Assembly: GCA_945877865.1 (NCBI GenBank)
Contig: CAMDVX010000003.1
Location: forward strand, 1-36,864
Direction of reading: 5' to 3'
DNA length: 36,864 nucleotides
Source of the DNA: Bifidobacterium breve
Lineage (GTDB): Bacteria > Actinomycetota > Thermoleophilia > Gaiellales > F1-60-MAGs149
Shown here one piece after another: positions 30,289-36,864 of this stretch; position 1 is the first letter of the stretch; each line of letters opens with the position of its first letter. A program made the position numbers and the translations under genes. The notes below the pieces were generated by a model. It had not been told where the DNA came from. It was given only the letters and a program-made list of their open reading frames with translations, and did not search any database.

Positions 30289-31214
30289 GGTGCGCTCCTT
30301 GGGGGCGTCAGCCGCGGCTGGATCGTGAGGCCGTTGGCGTGGTCGATGTCGATCTGGATCGTGGCATGGTCGATGCCGAACTCGTCTCGCACCACCGCCT
30401 CGATCGTGTGGAGCATGGCGTGCTGATCGACCCCGGCTTCGACGACGACGTGGGTGGCGAGCGCCGGAAACCCATCGGCGATCGTCCAGACGTGCAGGTC
30501 GTGCACGTCGCGAACGCCCGGGAGTGCAGCGAGGCGCCGACCGATCGCGGTCGGGTCGGTGCCGACCGGCGCCACCTCGAGCAGCACGCGAATCGCGTGT
30601 CGCAGCACGCGGACGGAGGCCACGATGATCAGCGCAGAGACGGCCACGCCGGCGACGCCGTCGGCCTCGTACCAGCCGCTGACGGCGATCACGACGCCGG
30701 CGACGACGGCAGCAGCCGACGCCAGCACGTCGCCCGCGAAGTGCAGCATCGTGGCGTTGAGGTTGAGGTTGTCGCGTGCCCCGGCTCGCAGGAGCAGGAT
30801 CACGGGCACGAGGTTGAGCACGACGCTAATCGCCCCCACCACGGCGACTCCTGAGCCACCCACGGTTGGCGGGTCGGCGATCCTGAGGGCCGACTCCCAG
30901 GCGAGCCAGAGGCTGAGCGCAATCAGGAAGCCCGCGTTGACGGTTGCCGCCAGCACCTCGGCGCGCTTGTAGCCGAAGGTGCGGGCTCCGCTGGCTGGTC
31001 GTCGCGCCAGCCAGGCTGCGCCGAACGCCAGGCCGACGGCGACCCCGTCGGACAGGTTGTGGATGGCGTCGGCTGCGAGCGCCAGCGAGTCGAAGGCGAT
31101 GGCCGAGCCGACCTGCAGCCCGCCGAGCGATACGGTCAGGACCAGCGAGACCCAGAGGGCGCGCCCGGCGCCGTGCGAATGGCCGTGCCCAGAATGGCTG
31201 TGATCGTGTCCCAC
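30285..31214 (-). CDS. Cation diffusion facilitator (CzcD/ZitB-like) metal transporter
   Basis: His-rich N-terminus, SLALAADAIHNLSD, TFGYKRAEVLAA, H..GD, VHDLHVW and HATIQ; likely start GTG 31214. Confidence 0.92.
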   Translation of the reverse strand: MGHDHSHSGHGHSHGAGRALWVSLVLTVSLGGLQVGSAIAFDSLALAADAIHNLSDGVAVGLAFGAAWLARRPASGARTFGYKRAEVLAATVNAGFLIALSLWLAWESALRIADPPTVGGSGVAVVGAISVVLNLVPVILLLRAGARDNLNLNATMLHFAGDVLASAAAVVAGVVIAVSGWYEADGVAGVAVSALIIVASVRVLRHAIRVLLEVAPVGTDPTAIGRRLAALPGVRDVHDLHVWTIADGFPALATHVVVEAGVDQHAMLHTIEAVVRDEFGIDHATIQIDIDHANGLTIQPRLTPPRSAP

Positions 31215-31289
31215 GGAGAGAATCGTATCGTGTTGGTGTGTTTTCTTGGTTCCCGCGTATGCTGCACGCATTGAAGGTTTTGAAGGGGG

Positions 31290-32738
31290 ATGAGGGTGTC
31301 TAACAGCACAACGACCGTAACGCTGCTAGCTGGGGATGGTGTCGGCCCGGAGGTGACGGAGGCCGCTCGGCGCATCGTGGATGCGGCGGGCGTCAAGATC
31401 ACGTGGGAGGAGCACGAGGCCGGCGCTGAGGTCTTCAAGAAGGGCCTCGCGACGGGCGTGCCCGACGATACGATCGACTCGATCGAGCGGACGCGCGTCG
31501 TCCTCAAGGGTCCGCTAGAGACCCCGGTCGGCTTCGGCGAGAAGAGCGCGAACGTTACGCTCCGCAAGCTGTTCGAGACCTACGCCAACGTCCGTCCCGT
31601 GCGAGAGATGCCGGGCGTGCCAACGCCGTACTCGGGCCGTGGCATCGACCTGGTGGTCGTCCGCGAGAACGTCGAGGACCTCTACGCAGGCATCGAGCAC
31701 ATGGAGACCCCCGATGTTGCGCAGACGCTCAAGCTGATCTCCCGCAAGGGCTGCGAGAAGATCGTTCGCCTCGCCTACGCGCTGGCCGAGGCTGAGGGCC
31801 GCACGAACGTCGCCTGCGCCACGAAGGCGAACATCATGAAGATGTCCGAGGGCCTCATGAAGCGCACGTTTGAGGAGATCGCGCCCGAGCATCCTGAGAT
31901 CGATTCGTGGCACGTCATCGTCGATAACTGCGCGCACCAGCTGGTCAAGCGCCCCGAGCAGTTCGAGATGATCATCACGACGAACATGAACGGCGACATC
32001 CTCTCCGACCTGACGTCGGCGCTGGTTGGCGGCCTCGGCTTCGCGCCGTCGGCGAACCTCGGCACGGAGGTGGCGATCTTCGAGGCCGTCCATGGCTCCG
32101 CTCCGAAGTACGCGGGCAAGGACTCGATCAACCCGACGGCGATGATCCTCTCTGCTGTCTTGATGCTCCGCCACATCGGCGAGCTCGAGGCCGCCTCGCA
32201 GATCGAGAACGCGGTCATGGCGACGCTCGCCGACGGCGTGCGCACGCGCGACGTGCTCGGCGACGAGGGCAGCGTCGGGACGCGCGCGTACACCGAGGCC
32301 ATCATCGGCAACCTTGGCCGCTCTGCCGAGGCGTGGGAGGCTCGCCCGGTGCAGAAGATCAAGATGCCGGTGCCGAACCCGGCTGCTTCGCTCGTGCACC
32401 CTGATGTCGTCGAGCTGATCGGCCTGGACGTGTTCTTCCAGACGGAGGAGACGCCGGCAGCGGTTGGTGCGGCGGCGGCGGCGCTGGCCGAGGGCTCTGC
32501 GTTTGCGGTCAAGATGGTCGAGTGTCGTGGCACGCAGGTGTGGCCTGCCACGCACGCGCAGCTTGATCCGACGGACGTCATGCGCGCCCGCTTCATCACG
32601 CGCTCCAGCGTGGTGACGGACGAGGATATCCTCGAGCTGCTGCGGCGCTTCAACGAGCGCTTCAGCTGGGTGCACCTCGAGAAGCTGCGGACGTTTGATG
32701 GCGAGCCGTCGTTCTCGCGGGCGCAGGGCGAGTCGTAG
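31290..32738 (+). CDS. icd: Isocitrate dehydrogenase (type with a C-terminal extension, probably NADP-dependent)
   Basis: GDGVGPE, KSANVTLRK, RENVEDLYAGIE, KANIMK, NMNGDILSD and FEAVHGSAPKYAG; GTG 31296 is an alternative start. Confidence 0.92.
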   Translation: MRVSNSTTTVTLLAGDGVGPEVTEAARRIVDAAGVKITWEEHEAGAEVFKKGLATGVPDDTIDSIERTRVVLKGPLETPVGFGEKSANVTLRKLFETYANVRPVREMPGVPTPYSGRGIDLVVVRENVEDLYAGIEHMETPDVAQTLKLISRKGCEKIVRLAYALAEAEGRTNVACATKANIMKMSEGLMKRTFEEIAPEHPEIDSWHVIVDNCAHQLVKRPEQFEMIITTNMNGDILSDLTSALVGGLGFAPSANLGTEVAIFEAVHGSAPKYAGKDSINPTAMILSAVLMLRHIGELEAASQIENAVMATLADGVRTRDVLGDEGSVGTRAYTEAIIGNLGRSAEAWEARPVQKIKMPVPNPAASLVHPDVVELIGLDVFFQTEETPAAVGAAAAALAEGSAFAVKMVECRGTQVWPATHAQLDPTDVMRARFITRSSVVTDEDILELLRRFNERFSWVHLEKLRTFDGEPSFSRAQGES

Positions 32739-32778
32739 CGGTTGCTACGGTTAGCCTTCCCGGCCAGGATGTGACGCG

Positions 32779-34098
32779 ATGATCTTCGAGCAGCTCATCA
32801 ACAGCGACCTCGGGTGCGCCTCGTACGTGGTTGGCTGCCAGCAGTCGGGCGAGGCGGTCGTGATCGATCCGGCGCTGGACACGCGGCCCTTGGAGCGCGC
32901 GCTAGAGCGGCACAATGCTCGGCTGATCGGGGTGATCGAGACGCATACGCATGCCGATCACGTCTCGGCGCACGGCATCTTGGCGTTGGAGCACGGCGTT
33001 CCGATCTGGGTGTCGCCGCTCGCCGACGTGGCGTTTCCGCACCAGCCGCTCGTCGATGGCGCCAGCATCAGCGTCGGCAACATCGAGCTCGTGGCGGTCC
33101 ATACGCCGGGGCACCGCCCCGAGCACACGGCGCTGCAGGTCATCGACCACACGCGCTCGGACGAGCCGTGGCTTGCGCTGACGGGCGACAGCCTCTTCGT
33201 TGGCGATGTCGCTCGGCCCGATCTCGCCGTGGCGGGCGAGGAGGGCGCGGTCGGTCTCTACCGGTCGCTGCAGGAGCGCCTGCTGACGATGGCGGATGGG
33301 GTTGAGATCTTCCCGGGGCACGTCGCCGGATCGCTGTGCGGCAAGGGCATGAGCGCGAAGCCATCGACCACGCTGGGCTTTGAGCGTCGCTTCAACGACA
33401 TGCTGCAGCCGATGGGCGAGGCGGCCTTCGTCCAGGCTGCGAACGCGGGGCTGGCACCGAAGCCGCCAAACCTGAGCCGCATCGTCGACCTCAACCGCGG
33501 CCCGCTCGTTGCGCGCCCGCGTCAGCCAGAGCGGCTGTCGACGCTTCCGACCGACGCGCCGCTGCTTGATGTCCGGGCCACGGCAGACGCCATCCATGGC
33601 CTCGTCGCCGGTGCCTACCACGTGCCGGTCAACCAGACGGGGTTCGGCATGCGCGCCGGCTTCCTGCTCAATCCGGACGCGCCTGTCGTGCTGATCGCCG
33701 AGAGCGAGGAGCAGGCGCTGCGTGCAGCTCGTGCGCTGCAGGCGATCGGGCACCTCGCGCAGCGCGGCTGGATCTTGGCCGCTGATGCCCATGGCACCGT
33801 GGTGCTGCCCGCGTTGACGGTCGATGAGTTTCTCGCGGAGCGCGCTGCGGTCCAGATCGTCGATGTCCGCACCGACGATGAGGTCCCTGCCGTGCTGGCG
33901 GGCGCGACGCAGATTCCGCTGCACGTGCTCCACACGGACGCGCTCGCCGGGCTCGATCCCGCGCGGCGCACTGCGGTGATCTGCCAGTCGAGCGCCCGCT
34001 CGGGCATTGGTGCGGCGATCCTCGCCGCGCGCGGCTTCAGCGACGTCCACCCGGTGGTTGGCGGCGGCATGGGCTCGCCGCAGTTCGCGTCTGCCTGA
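32779..34098 (+). CDS. MBL-fold (persulfide dioxygenase-like) protein fused to rhodanese domains
   Basis: ETHTHADHVS, HTPGH.PEH, TGDSLFVGDVARPDL, PGH.AGSLCG and a C-terminal rhodanese with ICQSSARS. Confidence 0.88.
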   Translation: MIFEQLINSDLGCASYVVGCQQSGEAVVIDPALDTRPLERALERHNARLIGVIETHTHADHVSAHGILALEHGVPIWVSPLADVAFPHQPLVDGASISVGNIELVAVHTPGHRPEHTALQVIDHTRSDEPWLALTGDSLFVGDVARPDLAVAGEEGAVGLYRSLQERLLTMADGVEIFPGHVAGSLCGKGMSAKPSTTLGFERRFNDMLQPMGEAAFVQAANAGLAPKPPNLSRIVDLNRGPLVARPRQPERLSTLPTDAPLLDVRATADAIHGLVAGAYHVPVNQTGFGMRAGFLLNPDAPVVLIAESEEQALRAARALQAIGHLAQRGWILAADAHGTVVLPALTVDEFLAERAAVQIVDVRTDDEVPAVLAGATQIPLHVLHTDALAGLDPARRTAVICQSSARSGIGAAILAARGFSDVHPVVGGGMGSPQFASA

Positions 34099-34148
34099 CG
34101 CTCCTCGTCGCCCGCTGCCGGCGCTGCGCGGCCCGCAGCAAGCGCGCG

Positions 34149-35363
34149 TTAGATCGAGGTCCGCTCGGCGGGGTAGCCGCTTGCGCGAACCTGCTCGAGG
34201 ACCCGATCGCCGTGCGAGCGGTCCTTCGTCTCGACGGTAATGTCGACGGCGGTGTCGGTGACGCGCAGGTCGGTTCCGTCGCGGTGATGGAACATGTCGA
34301 CGATGTTGACGCGCTCGGCCGTGAGGATGTCGAGGAACTCGCGTAGCGCGCCGGGCCGGTCGATCAGGCGGGTGGTAAAGCGCATGTAGCGGCCGGCGGA
34401 TGTCAGCCCGTGCCGCATGATGCCTTGCAGGAGCAGCAGGTCGATGTTGCCGCCGGAGAGGACCACGACGACGCGCTTGCCGCGCACCTCACCAGCGGCT
34501 CCGCTGACGAGCGCGGCGACCCCGGCGGCGCCGGCGCCTTCGACGACGAGCTTCTGCCGCTCGACGAGGAGGGTAATGGCGGCTGCGAGCTGCTCGTCGT
34601 CGACCGTGAGCATGCGCTGCACGTGCTGCTGGACGAGCGGAAAGGTGATGACGCCGGGGCGCTTGACGGCGATGCCGTCGGCGATCGTCGCGGCGGACGT
34701 GGCCGAGCGGATGCCGCCGTCGGCGAGCGATTCGACGAACGGCGAGCAGGCGTGCGATTGGACGCCGACGACCTCCGTGCGCGGGCTGAGGGCCTGCACG
34801 GCCACCGCTAGGCCAGAGATCAGCCCGCCTCCGCCGCAGGGGACGATGACGAGGTCGGGGTCGGGCACCTGGTCGATCAGCTCGAGGCCGACGGTGCCTT
34901 GCCCGGCGATCACGTCCTCATCGTCGAAGGGGGAGATGAAGACGCTGCCTTCCTCGGCGCAGAGCTCCTTTGCTCGTGCGAGCGCATCGTCGAACGTCTG
35001 GCCGGCTAGCTCGATGCGGGCGCCGTAGCCGCGGGTCGCCTCGACCTTCGTTAGCGAGGCGTCGATGGGCATGCAGATGGTGGCGGGCACGCCGAGCGCG
35101 TGGGCGGCGAGCGCGACGCCTTGGGCGTGGTTGCCGGCGCTGGCGGCGATCACGCCGCGAGCGCGCTCGGCCGCGGTCAGCAGCTTGACGCGGTTGGAGG
35201 CGCCACGAATCTTGAAGGAGCCGGTGCGTTGCAGGTTCTCGGCTTTCAGCCAGACGTCCGCCCCCGTCAGATCAGACAGGTAGCGCGAGTGCAGCATTGG
35301 CGTGACGAGCGCGACGCCGTCGATCTCGCGGGCTGCGGCGCGAATTCGCTGCAGGTCGATCAT
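34149..35363 (-). CDS. ilvA: Threonine ammonia-lyase with a C-terminal ACT domain
   Basis: KAENLQRTGSFKIRGA, ASAGNHAQG, GGGGLISG, SGGNID and the ACT motif DRPGAL. Confidence 0.93.
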   Translation of the reverse strand: MIDLQRIRAAAREIDGVALVTPMLHSRYLSDLTGADVWLKAENLQRTGSFKIRGASNRVKLLTAAERARGVIAASAGNHAQGVALAAHALGVPATICMPIDASLTKVEATRGYGARIELAGQTFDDALARAKELCAEEGSVFISPFDDEDVIAGQGTVGLELIDQVPDPDLVIVPCGGGGLISGLAVAVQALSPRTEVVGVQSHACSPFVESLADGGIRSATSAATIADGIAVKRPGVITFPLVQQHVQRMLTVDDEQLAAAITLLVERQKLVVEGAGAAGVAALVSGAAGEVRGKRVVVVLSGGNIDLLLLQGIMRHGLTSAGRYMRFTTRLIDRPGALREFLDILTAERVNIVDMFHHRDGTDLRVTDTAVDITVETKDRSHGDRVLEQVRASGYPAERTSI

Positions 35364-36316
35364 GCCTCACCCCGGACGCGCGCATCGAGGAGGCGCGCGA
35401 CGGCGAGCGGGTCGAGGTGGCCTGCTCGGAGCCCCGTGATGGCCACGCCGACCGCTGGGTCTGCGTCGATCGCCTGCTGCGCCCGCGCGCCGGCTCTGGC
35501 GGCGACGCCCGCGACGATCTCGCGCTCGAGCCCCGCTGCGCGCCGCGCTCGCACGCCGTCGTCTCCGAGCACAGCGCGCTTGCTCAGCACGGCGTCCCAC
35601 AGCTCTGCGCTGCCTTCACCGTTGACTGCGGAGGTCTCGACGAGGGCGGGCGCGCGCTCGGGGTCTGTGCCGAGCGCGAGGCGAAGCTCGCTTCGAAAGT
35701 GGTCCACGCCGGGCAGGTCTCGCTTCGTCAATGCGACGACGTCGGGGATTTCCATTACTCCAGCCTTGATGGCTTGCACGCTATCGCCGCTGCCGGGCTG
35801 GAGCGCCAGCACGACCACGTCGACGAGGTCTGCGATGCGGATGTCGGATTGCCCCGCACCAACGGTCTCGATCAGCACGACGTCGAACCCGGCGGCGTCC
35901 AGCACGGCCGCTGCGAGGACGGTGCCTTCGGCGATTCCACCGAGCCGTCCACGGCTCCCCATCGACCGGAAGAACACGGCGGCGTCGGTGTCGTGCTCCA
36001 CGAGCCGCACCCGATCGCCGAGGACGGCGCCCTGCGAGAACGGGCTGGACGGGTCGACCGCCACGACCCCGACGGTGCAGCCGCGTCGCCGTACCTCGCG
36101 GACGAGCGCTCCGAGCAGCGTCGACTTGCCGGCGCCGGGCGGGCCGGTGAGGCCGACGACCATGGCCCGACCGACGTGTGGCCAGATCGCGGCAACGAGC
36201 GCCGCAGCGGCCGGATGCTCGTCCTCGACCCACGAGATGGCGCGGGCGATTGCGCGCCGATCGCCCGCGACGACGAGCCGCGCGAGCTCCTCGGGTTCTC
36301 GGGTCAGCGCGGCCAT
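35360..36316 (-). CDS. meaB: MeaB/ArgK GTPase chaperone of B12-dependent mutases
   Basis: GLTGPPGAGKST, VDPSSPFS.GAVLGDR.R, IETVGAGQS and GDSVQAIKAGVME. Confidence 0.93.
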   Translation of the reverse strand: MAALTREPEELARLVVAGDRRAIARAISWVEDEHPAAAALVAAIWPHVGRAMVVGLTGPPGAGKSTLLGALVREVRRRGCTVGVVAVDPSSPFSQGAVLGDRVRLVEHDTDAAVFFRSMGSRGRLGGIAEGTVLAAAVLDAAGFDVVLIETVGAGQSDIRIADLVDVVVLALQPGSGDSVQAIKAGVMEIPDVVALTKRDLPGVDHFRSELRLALGTDPERAPALVETSAVNGEGSAELWDAVLSKRAVLGDDGVRARRAAGLEREIVAGVAARAGARAQQAIDADPAVGVAITGLRAGHLDPLAVARLLDARVRGEA

Positions 36317-36379
36317 GCCGACACGGTAGCGATGCGGGTGTCCGCTCCGCGCGGCTGCTTGGGTCTACTGTTCATTCAT

Positions 36380-36864
36380 ATGGCCGCTGACCTTCCAATC
36401 TTTCCACTCGAGCTCGTGCTTGTCCCCGGCGAGCCGCTGCCGCTGCATATCTTTGAGGAGCGCTATCAGGAGCTCGTCGCCCGCTGCGTCGACGACCACG
36501 AGCCGTTCGTAATCGTCCTCTCCGACCAGGATGGCATGCGCGACGTTGGCTGCACCGCCGAGATCACGGACGTCTCGGAGCGCTTCCCTGATGGCCGCTC
36601 AAACATCGTCGCGCTTGGCCGCAACGTCGTCCGGCTCAGCGGTGTCCATGACGATCACGCCTATCGCTCTGCCCTCGCCGAGGACCTCGCAGACGACCCC
36701 TCGGAGGCGCCGCAAGACCAGCAGGACGACGCGATCGCGATCTACGCCTCGCTCGCGATGGAGCTCGGCGGCTCCGTGCCCGAGGCCCCCACCCCTGGCC
36801 CCGGCCTGTCGTACGCGCTGATCGCCCGCGTCGACCTCGGCCTCGACGTCAAGCAGGCGCTGCT
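36380..36864 (+). CDS. LON peptidase substrate-binding (LON_N) domain protein, partial (runs off the window)
   Basis: MAADLPIFPLELVLVPGEPLPLHIFEERYQELV...VGCTAEI...DGR.NI, open to the window end; missing from the ORF track because there is no stop. Confidence 0.88.
   Translation, partial: MAADLPIFPLELVLVPGEPLPLHIFEERYQELVARCVDDHEPFVIVLSDQDGMRDVGCTAEITDVSERFPDGRSNIVALGRNVVRLSGVHDDHAYRSALAEDLADDPSEAPQDQQDDAIAIYASLAMELGGSVPEAPTPGPGLSYALIARVDLGLDVKQAL

Overview
High-GC window that looks actinobacterial; the gene content suggests a deep-branching lineage such as Thermoleophilia/Gaiellales (inference). From left to right it holds: (1) the 5' 6.5 kb of a giant minus-strand surface-protein gene (IPT/TIG, many FN3 domains, three beta-propeller-type repeat blocks, two BspA-type LRR blocks) that runs off the window and is missing from the ORF track; (2) an SDR, two hypotheticals, an internally deleted aquaporin remnant and a convergent HDAC/GNAT pair; (3) acyl-CoA/B12 genes (crotonase, mutase B12-binding subunit, PduO, thiolase); (4) a complete trpEGDCFBA operon with a leaderless Trp-Trp-Trp leader peptide and a classical attenuator; (5) katG; (6) a four-gene copper-type operon with an uncharacterised His-rich exported protein, a membrane protein ending in an RGPP ribosome-arrest-like motif, YcnI and a CopC-CopD fusion; (7) a UDG-family protein, sulfurtransferase, CDF transporter, icd, MBL-rhodanese fusion, threonine dehydratase, MeaB and a partial LON-domain gene. 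The strongest candidate for an undescribed system is the copper operon, which may be controlled by nascent-peptide stalling. Many genes appear to be leaderless. All calls come from reading motifs by eye; no searches were run.
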